Made by a program: the position numbers and the translations under genes
From: Minisyncoccota bacterium
GTDB taxonomy: Bacteria > Patescibacteriota > Minisyncoccia > Phycocordibacterales > UBA9973
DNA length: 59,929 bases
Assembly: GCA_018061145.1 (NCBI GenBank)
Contig: JAGOUR010000005.1
Location: 1-59,929, forward strand
Direction of reading: 5' to 3'
Part shown: piece after piece, positions 1-9,662 of the stretch
Numbering within the stretch: the first letter of the stretch is position 1
Layout: every line of letters begins with the position of its first letter
Notes under the pieces: model-generated
What the model saw: the letters and a program-made list of their open reading frames with translations, nothing else
The model's database searches: none
What the model was told of the DNA's origin: nothing

Positions 1-127
1 TCGCCAGTGCGTGGGGCTTTCTCCGAGCGTACGCTTTAGTTTCGCTTCACCACGCACGCGGAGCGTGCGAAGTCATTACCTCACTTTGTTTTGGAAATAG
101 GTGCGAGTTTGGTACAATAGAGACACC

Positions 128-922
128 GTGAAAGTAACTATTCTATATGAAGATAATGATTTGGTTGTGGTAGATAAGCCCTCAGGTATTTCTGTGCACA
201 ACGATGGGAAAAATAAAGATGAGACACTGGCTGATTGGTTTATAAATCAATACCCAGGATCAAAAGATGTAGGGGAGCCATTGATGGTAGACGCAAAAGG
301 TGGGGAGAGACGTGCGATCATGCGCCCAGGCATCGTACACCGTCTCGACCGCGAAACTTCAGGAGTGATCATCTTGGCAAAGAATCAGGAATCTTTTTTG
401 TTTCTAAAAGATCAATTCAAGAATCATACTATTGAGAAAGTTTACCGAGCTTTTGTTTATGGTTATGTAGCAGATCCCAATGCCTCACTCTTGAATGGCA
501 AGATGGGTGTAATCAATGCCCCGATAGGGAGATCTCCCGGAGACGTGCGTATGTGGACTGCAGGGCGTGGTGCCCGGGATCCTATACGTGAAGCCAAGAC
601 TGGGTATGTAGTCCTGTCTAGATTTACAGATACGCAAGATGAGATGGAGATCAAAGACAACAGTCATCAATTCTCTTATCTGGAGCTTTACCCAAAAACT
701 GGCCGCACCCACCAGCTCCGTGTACATCTACGATATATAAACCACCCGATTATCTCAGATCCAATATACCGAGGTAAGAAAGAAAAATCTCTAGGTTTTG
801 ACAGACTGGCCCTACATGCAAAATCTATTAAATTCATGCTCCTCTCAGGGCAAGAAATAGAAGTCGAGGCTCCATTACCTACGGATTTCGTAAAAGTTAT
901 CAATAATCATCAATTAAAATAG
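128..922 (+). CDS. RluA/RluD-family RNA pseudouridine synthase
   Basis: Motifs VVVDKPSG, RPGIVHRLDRETSG (catalytic Asp), TGRTHQLRVH, LALHA. Start moved to GTG 128, which follows TGG-TACAAT (113-118). Confidence 0.92.
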   Translation: MKVTILYEDNDLVVVDKPSGISVHNDGKNKDETLADWFINQYPGSKDVGEPLMVDAKGGERRAIMRPGIVHRLDRETSGVIILAKNQESFLFLKDQFKNHTIEKVYRAFVYGYVADPNASLLNGKMGVINAPIGRSPGDVRMWTAGRGARDPIREAKTGYVVLSRFTDTQDEMEIKDNSHQFSYLELYPKTGRTHQLRVHLRYINHPIISDPIYRGKKEKSLGFDRLALHAKSIKFMLLSGQEIEVEAPLPTDFVKVINNHQLK

Positions 923-964
923 AAAATCTTGCTTAAAACATTTTCTTATGCTATATTAACGCCT

Positions 965-1366
965 ATGGAAAAAACCACAATGAAATTAACTCCAGTAGAT
1001 ATCGAAGCTCGCAAAAAGCTTGATTTCAAGGCAGGTGATACTGTTAAGGTCTGGTCAAAAATTTTAGAAAAAGGAAAAGTTCGTCTTCAGGCTTTTGAGG
1101 GTCTAGTTTTGGCTCGCAAGCATGGCGCTGAGATTGGTGCTACATTTACAGTACGTAAAGTTGCTTCAACTGTCGGAGTAGAAAGAATCTTTCCTCTATA
1201 TTCTCCAAATATCGACAAGATTGAGATTATCAAACGCTCAAAGACACGCCGAAGTAAGCTATACTTCATCCGCACAAAGGCTGTTAAAGAAGTTAAGAAA
1301 CGTCTAAAGAGTATCACTCTTTCAAAAGAGGAATCAACAAACACAGAAGCAGAATCTGCTGAATAA
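965..1366 (+). CDS. rplS: 50S ribosomal protein L19
   Basis: FKAGDTVKV...RLQAFEGLVLAR...TFTVRKVASTVGVERIFP...RRSKLYFIR. ATG 965 follows promoter TTGCTT(929-934)-17-TATATT(952-957). Confidence 0.97.
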   Translation: MEKTTMKLTPVDIEARKKLDFKAGDTVKVWSKILEKGKVRLQAFEGLVLARKHGAEIGATFTVRKVASTVGVERIFPLYSPNIDKIEIIKRSKTRRSKLYFIRTKAVKEVKKRLKSITLSKEESTNTEAESAE

Positions 1367-1403
1367 AAAATAAAACCACCCATTGGGTGGTTTTATTTTT
1401 TTA
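1362..1403. terminator. Bidirectional intrinsic terminator
   Basis: AAAACCACCC-ATT-GGGTGGTTTT hairpin with A and T tracts just after the rplS stop. Confidence 0.85.
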
Positions 1404-1449
1404 TTGAAAAAAAGACCTAAATCTGTTATGCTCACTCTTGTAAGTGTTT

Positions 1450-1531
1450 GCCCGGGTGTTGAAATTGGTAGACAAGCACCCTTGAGGTGGGTGTGTCGTA
1501 AGATGTGCTGGTTCGAGTCCAGTCCCGGGCA
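1450..1531 (+). tRNA. tRNA-Leu(GAG)
   Basis: Acceptor GCCCGGG/CCCGGGC, D-loop TGGTAGAC, anticodon arm CACCC-TTGAGGT-GGGTG, long variable arm, T-loop GTTCGAGTC. CCA not encoded. Confidence 0.95.
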
Positions 1532-1533
1532 CA

Positions 1534-2103
1534 ATGATATTTTTTTCTATAATTATTTATCTTTTCACAGCTATTGTCATAGTCTTGTTTATCTTGGCGT
1601 GCATGTGGGCTATGTCCTTTATAAAGACAGACACACCATTTATCCGTACACCTAGGAGTGTGTTGCCTTATGTGTTGAAGGCTCTGGAATTAAAAGATGA
1701 TTCAGTCGTCTACGATCTGGGTTCTGGTGATGCACGGTTGTTGTATTTCCTCAAAAAGAATAAACCACAAGCGAGATTTGTCGGATTGGAAAAATTTAGT
1801 TTCCCGTACGTTCTTTCTGTCGCTAGAAAATATATAAATAAAATAAATGGTATCGACGGCGTAAAAATAATTAAAAAAGATTTTTATGATTACAATTTTA
1901 GTGATGCCACTCATCTAGTTATGTATCTTTATCCAAATGTGATGGATGATATTTTAAAAAAGTTTGATGAAGAGATAAAAGAGGGGACTATCCTCGTGTC
2001 TGTGGCTTTTAAGTTTACAAACAAGCAACCGATTGCCGAGATTGATATGGAAAGAGAGGGTGATTATACAAATGCTCGAAAATTATATATCTATAGATTT
2101 TAA
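1534..2103 (+). CDS. Membrane-anchored class I SAM-dependent methyltransferase
   Basis: N-terminal hydrophobic helix, PFIRTP, VVYDLGSGDAR motif I, KKDFYD, HLVMYL. Confidence 0.85.
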   Translation: MIFFSIIIYLFTAIVIVLFILACMWAMSFIKTDTPFIRTPRSVLPYVLKALELKDDSVVYDLGSGDARLLYFLKKNKPQARFVGLEKFSFPYVLSVARKYINKINGIDGVKIIKKDFYDYNFSDATHLVMYLYPNVMDDILKKFDEEIKEGTILVSVAFKFTNKQPIAEIDMEREGDYTNARKLYIYRF

Positions 2104-2136
2104 TTTGTAGATGTTTGTGTGATATAATTTACCTAT

Positions 2137-3930
2137 ATGATTACTCTTGATCTTGTAGAGTTTATTGAGAAAGAAGAAAAGAATGGTACACCTCGTGAGA
2201 AAATAAAATCCGAGCTACTTTCTGCTGGGTGGCTAGCAGAAGATATCGAAGAAGGTTTTCAGAAGGTTGCTCCGGCTTTTGTGGTGCCCAAGACCGTAGA
2301 ACCTGTTGCTCCTAAAATACAGACTACTTTTACTCCGGCCCTAAGCGCATCCCCAGCTGAACCAAAGGTGGATATTGTTGTCCCGGCAGAAATAAAAAAT
2401 CCAGAACCAGAAAAAATATCTGAGGTAAAACCAGTAGAACCAACACAACCAGTGCAACCAACCCCTTCAGTGCAAACAGTAGCTCCAATTGTTAAAAATA
2501 TCGAACCTCAAATTTCAGTAGCTCCTATTGTGGAGCCCGTTCCTGTTTCTGCGCCTGCTCCCGAACTCGTATCAACACCAGAAGTAAAAATAGATTCTAA
2601 TATTGAGCCAGAAACTCCAAAGATAGATCCATATAGGGAAGTGGTAAAAGAAGAAAAGCCCATCGAGAACAGCTTCTCTGCTTCTGTGCCACCATCTAAT
2701 CTTCCAAAAGTTTGGACCCCTTCAAATATCCCCATAATCTCTACAGAGAACACAGAAGTTATTCCTAGATTGATTCCAAAAAAAGTAGAGCCCGTAATCC
2801 CTCCAAAATCTGTACTACCACCAGTGCGTACACCAGAGAGAAAAGCAGAACTTGCAAAAGTTTACCAAAAGCCACCAGTCGCCCCTGTGGAGAACAATAT
2901 AGTGCCCCCTATGACGAGTGCCCCTGTGTCTGCTCCTGTGGGGTCTGTGTCATCTCCAGCGCCTATTTCAAGTATGCCTACTAGCCCAGCTCCAGTATCC
3001 ATGCCAGCAAGCCCTGTAGTAGAGATAAATCCTACGCCCGCTGTTTCTGTGCCACCAGTTGTAAATATCGCTCCTGCCACACCGGCTCCGTCTGGCAAGC
3101 CACCTTATATGGTTTTTGCAAAACAAGAATTATCAAAACCTGCACCTGGCCCAGCTTCTTCTCCGGTGTCATCACCGGCATCGTATTCTCCGAACAGTGC
3201 AGTCACTTCATCTTTCACTCGAGATTCAAAGAATTTTGTTTTTGAAGAAAAGAAGCCCGGGGTTCCAAGATTCATCGTAGGAGTTTTTATTTTTGTTGCG
3301 ATTGCTTGTATTTTTGGTGGGGTGGCTTTTGCTTACATGACTGGGCTGATAGATATTCCTTTTTTGCCAAAGATTAATCAGACAGCTGTAACTGCAAAAT
3401 ATATCGACCCAATAATAAATGAACAAAATTCAAATCAGCAAAATAATACGAACTTGGAAGTAGGTAATGTTACTAATTCTTTTGTGTTTGATGAGTCTGG
3501 TCAGACAGAAGGGTCTGGTAGTACAGATGTTCTTGTTCCTCCTGGTCCCGCTGTAGACATCGAAGCCTTAAAGACAAAAGACAAAAAAGTAGAAGAAATT
3601 ATTTCAAATATTGAACTTCAGATTTATAAAAAGTATGCATTGAATAAAAACCTGTATGGCACCAAGTCAAACCTCAAAGGCAGTTGTGTCGACCCAGAAA
3701 AAGATTCTCTTTTCTATACTGACCCTAATGATATGAATACAAACACTATCTCGTTTTTCTTGGGTAAAATATTTGATAATACGGATGGAGAGGGTTCTTG
3801 CTACTCTACAACTAAAGCTTGGGCTATGTCATTTCCATTGGCATCAGAGACTGGTAGCTATGTCTGCGTAGATAGTACAAATAAAAAGATCACTACAAAA
3901 ATCGCCTTATCTGGAACTGTATGCAAATAA
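2137..3930 (+). CDS. Pro/Val/Ser-rich bitopic membrane protein with Cys-containing C-terminal domain
   Basis: Small N-terminal helical domain, ~330-aa Pro-rich low-complexity tract, one TM helix (FIVGVFIFVAIACIFGGVAFAY), C-terminal ...YVCVDST...C domain. Confidence 0.75.
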   Translation: MITLDLVEFIEKEEKNGTPREKIKSELLSAGWLAEDIEEGFQKVAPAFVVPKTVEPVAPKIQTTFTPALSASPAEPKVDIVVPAEIKNPEPEKISEVKPVEPTQPVQPTPSVQTVAPIVKNIEPQISVAPIVEPVPVSAPAPELVSTPEVKIDSNIEPETPKIDPYREVVKEEKPIENSFSASVPPSNLPKVWTPSNIPIISTENTEVIPRLIPKKVEPVIPPKSVLPPVRTPERKAELAKVYQKPPVAPVENNIVPPMTSAPVSAPVGSVSSPAPISSMPTSPAPVSMPASPVVEINPTPAVSVPPVVNIAPATPAPSGKPPYMVFAKQELSKPAPGPASSPVSSPASYSPNSAVTSSFTRDSKNFVFEEKKPGVPRFIVGVFIFVAIACIFGGVAFAYMTGLIDIPFLPKINQTAVTAKYIDPIINEQNSNQQNNTNLEVGNVTNSFVFDESGQTEGSGSTDVLVPPGPAVDIEALKTKDKKVEEIISNIELQIYKKYALNKNLYGTKSNLKGSCVDPEKDSLFYTDPNDMNTNTISFFLGKIFDNTDGEGSCYSTTKAWAMSFPLASETGSYVCVDSTNKKITTKIALSGTVCK

Positions 3931-4349
3931 ACCTAGAATTGATTATCTCTATAATATTCGTCATACTCGGGATCTCGGGCTTCCTCGTAGCTTTCTATAT
4001 TTATAGAAAAAAGAGTGAAAAGAAAAAATTGATTTGCCCAGCTAGGACAGATTGTGAGCTTGTCACGAATAGTGATTATTCTGTGGTTGGACCTTTCCGC
4101 GTGGAAGTTCTAGGTTTGGTATATTATATATTTATCACATCAGCCTATCTGTTTGTAAATTTTTATCTTGTGTGGACACCTTTTATAAATGAGCTATTTA
4201 TTGTGATATCTGGCATGTCTGTGCTATTCTCTGTCTATCTTTTGTTTATTCAAAGCTTTCTGATTAAACAGTGGTGTGTGTGGTGTATATCATCTGCATT
4301 GATATCTATCCTTATGTTTTTATTAGCTTTTTATCGTCTATATATCTAA
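3921..4349 (+). CDS. Vitamin K epoxide reductase (VKOR) family disulfide-bond formation protein
   Basis: TM helices, loop pair CPARTDC..VTNSDYS, active-site WCVWC. Confidence 0.88.
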   Translation: MQINLELIISIIFVILGISGFLVAFYIYRKKSEKKKLICPARTDCELVTNSDYSVVGPFRVEVLGLVYYIFITSAYLFVNFYLVWTPFINELFIVISGMSVLFSVYLLFIQSFLIKQWCVWCISSALISILMFLLAFYRLYI

Positions 4350-4350
4350 T

Positions 4351-4905
4351 ATGCTTTATACAAGAAAAGGGGACAACGGCACAACGAAAACTTTTGGTTG
4401 CGACCAGAGAATCTCCAAGAGTTCAAATATAGCAGAGGCCCTAGGTACACTCGATGAGATTAATTCTTTTCTAGGTGTATGCAAAGTAAAGAGTTCCGGT
4501 GCTGGATTTAAAGTTCCTACAGGTGAACTTTTTGAAAAAGTTGTACACGATGTACAGCAGAATCTTTTTATAGTACAAGCTGAACTCGCAGGTAGTGATA
4601 TGACGATAAGTGAAGATAAAGTAAAGGCAGTTGAAAACTATGTAGATACTATAGAAAAAGAATTGCCACCAATAAAATCTTTTTTTATTTCTGGGGGTAC
4701 AGAATTGGCGGCATTTTTTGATGTCGCTCGTACTATTTCACGCAGAGCAGAGAGGAGAGTGATAGGTGTGGCGGATGAGGGGAATGTAAAAGTGGGGGAT
4801 TATACAAAAGCGTATCTAAACCGACTTTCTTCACTACTTTATGCACTAGCTAGACTTTCTAACCACTTTTCTGGTATAAATGAGGAACCTCCTACTTATA
4901 AGTAG
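4351..4905 (+). CDS. PduO-type ATP:cob(I)alamin adenosyltransferase
   Basis: YTRKGDNGTT, ALGTLDEINSFLG, ARTISRRAERR, YLNRLSSLLYALAR. Confidence 0.93.
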   Translation: MLYTRKGDNGTTKTFGCDQRISKSSNIAEALGTLDEINSFLGVCKVKSSGAGFKVPTGELFEKVVHDVQQNLFIVQAELAGSDMTISEDKVKAVENYVDTIEKELPPIKSFFISGGTELAAFFDVARTISRRAERRVIGVADEGNVKVGDYTKAYLNRLSSLLYALARLSNHFSGINEEPPTYK

Positions 4906-4917
4906 GATTGTATATAT

Positions 4918-4990
4918 GGGGATTATGGTGTAACGGTTAACACTGAGGTTTGTGGAACCTTCGATCTGGGTTCGATTCCCAGTAGTCCCC
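4918..4990 (+). tRNA. tRNA-His(GTG)
   Basis: G-1 plus GGGATTA/TAGTCCC acceptor and C73, anticodon arm GAGGT-TTGTGGA-ACCTT, T-loop GGTTCGATTCC. Confidence 0.95.
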
Positions 4991-5300
4991 CAATAGAAAA
5001 AACGTCTTTCGAGACGTTTTTTCTATTGGGTGACTAAGCAAGCAAACTGCTTTGCTTGCGTCTGGGTGAGCTCGGGATGGGACCCGAGCGCAAGGCTCAT
5101 TGAGAGATTTTTTGTAAAAAATATCCAATGAGTGGACAGTTCCTGTAAGGAATCGAAAGACTTTTCTGTGTTTTGTTTACAAAACCAGAAAAGTACCTGC
5201 CGATGTAATCGGCGATAAGCGTACTCGCGGTCCCAGTGCATTAAATGCAAAAGGTATACTGTCCATGTAATGGAAGATATCCCAGTGTCTGGGAATCCAA
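4983..5300. ncRNA. Highly structured non-coding element overlapping and partly antisense to the tRNA-His 3' end
   Basis: 25-bp inverted repeat (1 mismatch) with TTCG loop, at least 7 further hairpins, and long-range pairs TGGACAGT/ACTGTCCA and TACCT/AGGTA. Confidence 0.5.
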
Positions 5301-5324
5301 ACACTTTTCTGGTATATTTAATTT

Positions 5325-5921
5325 ATGAAAAATCTAGAAAGTTTTATTAAAACTGATCCTGAAAATATTTCAATCAAACAGAAAGCTTGGGATGATATGA
5401 AACAGAATATTTTAAAGTCAGCATCTGAATTTGAGAATGAAAAAATGGAAGAGGGTGTTATGGATACAGTCGTGGTTATGAATCTCCTGGGTGTAAATAC
5501 TATGGAATCTTGTGAAGGGCATGTAGAAAAAGAAAAGCCATATCCTAGTGTTATATTCGGATCAAAAAAACATTCTCAATTCTACTCAAAAGAATCAAAC
5601 GAAATAAATACAAAATATAGAAATGTTAAGGGTGATAGTCCTGAGTATCGTGAACTTCTCGAATCAATAAAAGAAGAATCTTCAAATCTAAAAAACAAGG
5701 TTCAAATTTTATTGGATGAATTCTATTCCGGAAAAGAATGGTCACCTTACCACTACGGCATCTCGGTCTTTACAAAAGATTCAATGTACAGCCTAGCTCC
5801 AGTAGGGCTGGAAAATACTGAGAATAATTCTATTGAAAATAAAAGAACTATCTTGGATTTATCCAGAAAAGAGATGGATGATTTTACAGAATTTTTAAAA
5901 AATAAATACTTTAAAGAATAA
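5325..5921 (+). CDS. Hypothetical protein with G..T.ESCEGH motif
   Basis: 198-aa ORF after TGG-TATATT-6nt-ATG, followed by terminator CCCCTCC/GGAGGGG (~5926-5953). Confidence 0.7.
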   Translation: MKNLESFIKTDPENISIKQKAWDDMKQNILKSASEFENEKMEEGVMDTVVVMNLLGVNTMESCEGHVEKEKPYPSVIFGSKKHSQFYSKESNEINTKYRNVKGDSPEYRELLESIKEESSNLKNKVQILLDEFYSGKEWSPYHYGISVFTKDSMYSLAPVGLENTENNSIENKRTILDLSRKEMDDFTEFLKNKYFKE

Positions 5922-5970
5922 TAATAAAACCCCTCCAAACAGGAGGGGTTTTATTTGATATACTATGTGT

Positions 5971-6501
5971 ATGAGTACATATTTTATAACTGGCACCAGT
6001 GGTTCTGGTAAAACAACATTAATGAATTCACTCAAAGGAAAATTACCCACCGGCTCTTTTCGTGTTTATGATTTTGATGAAATTGGTGTGCCTGAAAATG
6101 CAGATAAAAAATGGAGAGAAGAATCAACTGACAAATGGATACAAATTTCAAATGAGAATGAGAAAAATAAAATCTCTACAGTTATATGTGGAGTTAGTGC
6201 TCCTTCTGAAATTTTAAATTCACCAAGTTTGAATAAAGATACAGATTTAGTTTTTGGTATTTTGCACGCAGATGATGAGGTAATTAAAAGTAGATTAAAA
6301 GAAAGAGGATGGAATGATCAATTGATTCAGGATAATTTAAACTGGGCTCATCACTTAGAAAAAGAAGTCCTGTCTCAACCTACGCATTATGTTTTTGAAA
6401 GTTCTTCTTCTTTGAGCGCCGAGGAACTGGCAGATGGTTTTGTAAAATTTATAAATACTCCAGAAGAGTTAAAAATAAGTAACGAAATAAAAATAAAATA
6501 A
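5971..6501 (+). CDS. P-loop small-molecule/nucleotide kinase (AAA_18/33-like)
   Basis: ITGTSGSGKTT Walker A, YDFDE, IKSRLKERG lid. ATG 5971 lies 6 nt after TGA-TATACT. Confidence 0.8.
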   Translation: MSTYFITGTSGSGKTTLMNSLKGKLPTGSFRVYDFDEIGVPENADKKWREESTDKWIQISNENEKNKISTVICGVSAPSEILNSPSLNKDTDLVFGILHADDEVIKSRLKERGWNDQLIQDNLNWAHHLEKEVLSQPTHYVFESSSSLSAEELADGFVKFINTPEELKISNEIKIK

Positions 6502-6504
6502 TTT

Positions 6505-7404
6505 ATGTCCACAGTAAAAACAAAAATTGATCAGAGTCTAGTCCTTTCTTTTCTAAGAGAAAATTTTGATGCAGAAATAAAAGAATTAGAATTCCTAAAA
6601 GGAGGGGAGTCCTCACAGGCTTTTGCTTTTAATTCAAAGGGTATGGACCTAGTAGCTCGGGTGAATAAGGGCGCGCGTAGTTTTTATAAAGACGAATATG
6701 CTTCAAAGTATTTTACAAAGAGCACCTTGCCAATCCCCGAAATAATAGAAACTGTAAAATTTGATGATATTCACTTTCTTTGTATTTCAAAGAAAGCTCT
6801 TGGCGCGACTATCAATCTGCTGAATGAAGATGAATATCAAAAAATCTTACCCGAACTACTCGAGATATTGGGGGAAATAAGTTCTACTGATATTGGCGAT
6901 TCAAATGGCTTTGGTAAATGGAACAATGACGGGGTGGGGGAATTCGAGACTTGGAAAGAATTTGTACTATCTGTGGGGTCACATTTAGATAAAGATAAAT
7001 TATTTGAAAATTCAATTCTAGAGAAAGATGTTTGGGTTAAGATATATTCTAAAATAGAAGAACTTGCTGAAATGTGTCCAGAGGAGAGATATTTAGTCCA
7101 CGCAGATTACGGTGGCAATAATGTGGTCTCTGATAAGGAGAATATCACAGGAATTCTTGATTGGGGTGAATCTATGTATGGAGACTTTATTTACGACGTA
7201 GCATGGCTATCGTTTTGGTCAGTTAGAAATGACCCAAACAAAAACGCAGAGCAAGCCTATCGAGATATGAATTTAGAAAATTTTGAAGAGCGACTGCTGT
7301 GCTACAAACTTCGAATAGGATTAGGTTCGCTCGCATTCTTTGCCTACTCCGAACAAAAAGATAAATATGATTCAATAAAAGAAAGAACTCTAAATCTGTT
7401 ATAA
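6505..7404 (+). CDS. Aminoglycoside phosphotransferase (APH/choline kinase-like) family protein
   Basis: GGESSQAF, LVHADYGGNNV (Brenner motif), GILDWGESMYGDFIYDVA. Confidence 0.85.
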   Translation: MSTVKTKIDQSLVLSFLRENFDAEIKELEFLKGGESSQAFAFNSKGMDLVARVNKGARSFYKDEYASKYFTKSTLPIPEIIETVKFDDIHFLCISKKALGATINLLNEDEYQKILPELLEILGEISSTDIGDSNGFGKWNNDGVGEFETWKEFVLSVGSHLDKDKLFENSILEKDVWVKIYSKIEELAEMCPEERYLVHADYGGNNVVSDKENITGILDWGESMYGDFIYDVAWLSFWSVRNDPNKNAEQAYRDMNLENFEERLLCYKLRIGLGSLAFFAYSEQKDKYDSIKERTLNLL

Positions 7405-7411
7405 TCAGTTA

Positions 7412-9151
7412 ATGATCCAAGACGAGGCATTGCAAATACTAAAGACTGGGGCCAATGTTTTCCTGACGGGGGAGCCTGGTGCCGGCAAGACACATACGAT
7501 AAATGAGTATGTGTCTTATTTGCGTTCTCGGGGTGTAGAGGTGGCTATCACTGCATCCACAGGTATAGCAGCTACACATATTGGCGGGATGACTATCCAC
7601 TCATGGAGTGGTATCGGTATTCGTAAATCTCTGACTAAATACGATCTGGATAAAATATCGACTAGTGAATATGTCACACGTCGTGTGAGTAAAGCAAAAG
7701 TCCTGGTGATAGACGAGGTGTCTATGCTAGGACCAAATACTATCGATATGGTGGATGCAGTATGTAGGGAAGTGCGACGTAGCACCGAGGCCTTTGGTGG
7801 ACTGCAGGTAATATTTGTCGGAGATTTTTTCCAACTACCGCCGATTACAAAGAGAGATATTTTAAATACAAAAGTTCCAGAGGATGACTACAATCAGGAC
7901 GCACTATTTGAAGCGAAGCCTTTAGGTATATTTGCATATGAATCTGAATCTTGGGCCAGAGCTCAGCCTATCACTTGCTACCTATCCGAGCAGTATCGCC
8001 AAGATGATGATACATTTTTGTCTATACTATCTTCTATCCGGTCCAATACTTTTGATGAAGATATGTTTGAGCACCTCGAAGCTCGTAGGGTAGAGGTAGG
8101 AAAAACATCTGCAAAAATGCTAAAGCTTTTTTCTCGCAATGTGGATGTGGACAGCGTGAATAATGCAATGCTGGAGAAAATAAAAGAAGAAAAAGAATTC
8201 TACCGTATGGTAGGTACTGGGAGGGATATCATAGTCGAGACACTCAAGAAGGGATGTCTGTCCCCAGACACACTAGTGCTCAAGCTCGGTGCGGAGGTGA
8301 TGTGCACAAAGAATAATCAAAAGGAGGGATATGTGAATGGTACCCTCGGTACTATCGTCGGCTTTGCATCGGGGACTCGCTATCCTATAGTTGAATCTCG
8401 TAATGGAAAAAAGTTTACAGTTGAACCTGCAGAGTGGGCCCTAGAGGAGAATGGAAAAGTGAGGGCAAGTATATCCCAGATACCGCTACGCCTGGCGTGG
8501 GCTATCACTGTGCACAAGAGTCAGGGTATGAGTCTGGACGAGGCTGTGATGGACCTTTCTGATGTATTTGAATATGGTCAGGGATACGTGGCACTCTCTC
8601 GCGTGCGCAGGCTCTCCGGCCTGCACCTGCTCGGTTGGAATAGGCGAGCATTTGAAGTTCACCCACAGATATTCTCCCAAGATCAGATATTCAAAGAGCA
8701 ATCAAGTGCTGCAGAAATAGAATTTTCAAAATTACCCAAAAATGAATTACAAAAAATGCATGACAATTTTATCCGTGCATCCGGAGGAGTAGTAAACCCC
8801 AGCCCGGATTTTCAGAAAAAAGTAAAAGATAAAAAAGGATCAAAAGTAGATACAAAAGAATTGACTCTAGATATGTGGAATGAAGGGCGCGATATAGTAG
8901 AGATTGCAAAGCTCCGTAAATTAAAAGAAAGTACAATTTTTACTCACATAGAAGAATTAGTGGAAGATGAAAAGATTCCAATAGGGGAGCTATCTAGGAT
9001 CCTAGATAAAAAGACAGACAAAGCTCTGCCTGCTATACACAAGGCTTTTCACAAGCTCGACACCCGATCACTGTCTGCAGTATTTGAGCATTTTGATGGA
9101 AAATATTCATATGATGAATTGCGGTTGGCTAGATTGTTGCTTGGAGAATAG
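7412..9151 (+). CDS. PIF1/RecD-like SF1B DNA helicase with C-terminal HTH
   Basis: GEPGAGKT, TASTGIAA, IDEVSM, GDFFQLPP, AITVHKSQG, YVALSR. C-terminal EIAKLRKLKESTIFTHI HTH. Confidence 0.92.
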   Translation: MIQDEALQILKTGANVFLTGEPGAGKTHTINEYVSYLRSRGVEVAITASTGIAATHIGGMTIHSWSGIGIRKSLTKYDLDKISTSEYVTRRVSKAKVLVIDEVSMLGPNTIDMVDAVCREVRRSTEAFGGLQVIFVGDFFQLPPITKRDILNTKVPEDDYNQDALFEAKPLGIFAYESESWARAQPITCYLSEQYRQDDDTFLSILSSIRSNTFDEDMFEHLEARRVEVGKTSAKMLKLFSRNVDVDSVNNAMLEKIKEEKEFYRMVGTGRDIIVETLKKGCLSPDTLVLKLGAEVMCTKNNQKEGYVNGTLGTIVGFASGTRYPIVESRNGKKFTVEPAEWALEENGKVRASISQIPLRLAWAITVHKSQGMSLDEAVMDLSDVFEYGQGYVALSRVRRLSGLHLLGWNRRAFEVHPQIFSQDQIFKEQSSAAEIEFSKLPKNELQKMHDNFIRASGGVVNPSPDFQKKVKDKKGSKVDTKELTLDMWNEGRDIVEIAKLRKLKESTIFTHIEELVEDEKIPIGELSRILDKKTDKALPAIHKAFHKLDTRSLSAVFEHFDGKYSYDELRLARLLLGE

Positions 9152-9231
9152 AGCATTAGAAAGCAGGCTTGCTTTTTTTACGGCTATATAGTAAAGTGTT
9201 CCTACTGGTCTTTACGACCTATTTTAAATAT

Positions 9232-9657
9232 ATGCCTACAATGAATCAATTGGTTCGCAAGAGCCGTACAATAATAAAAAGAAAATCAAAGGCCGTAGCT
9301 CTCGCTCGCGGTTTTAATGCGCTTAAAAATAAGCCAGTTTATTACCCAGCCCCATTCAAGCGTGGTGTTTGTACAAAAGTAACAACTACTACTCCTAAAA
9401 AGCCTAACTCTGCTCTCCGAAAGATCGCCCGTGTACGTCTTACAAATGGTATGGAAGTTACAGCTTATATCCCAGGTGAAGGTCACAACCTCCAAGAACA
9501 CTCTGTAGTTATGCTACGTGGTGGTCGTGTAAAAGACTTGATCGGAGTACGTTACCACATAGTTCGTGGACGTCTCGATGCTACTGGAGTTGAGAAACGT
9601 CGAAAAGCAAGAAGTAAGTATGGTAACAAGCGTCCAAAGGCTGGAGCTAAGAAATAA
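9232..9657 (+). CDS. rpsL: 30S ribosomal protein S12
   Basis: [38 protein letters not shown]. Confidence 0.98.
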   Translation: MPTMNQLVRKSRTIIKRKSKAVALARGFNALKNKPVYYPAPFKRGVCTKVTTTTPKKPNSALRKIARVRLTNGMEVTAYIPGEGHNLQEHSVVMLRGGRVKDLIGVRYHIVRGRLDATGVEKRRKARSKYGNKRPKAGAKK

Positions 9658-9662
9658 AATTT

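Noticed and set aside
6505-7404. A specific clinical aminoglycoside resistance gene call
   Set aside because: Only family-level APH motifs are recognisable. The substrate cannot be assigned from sequence.
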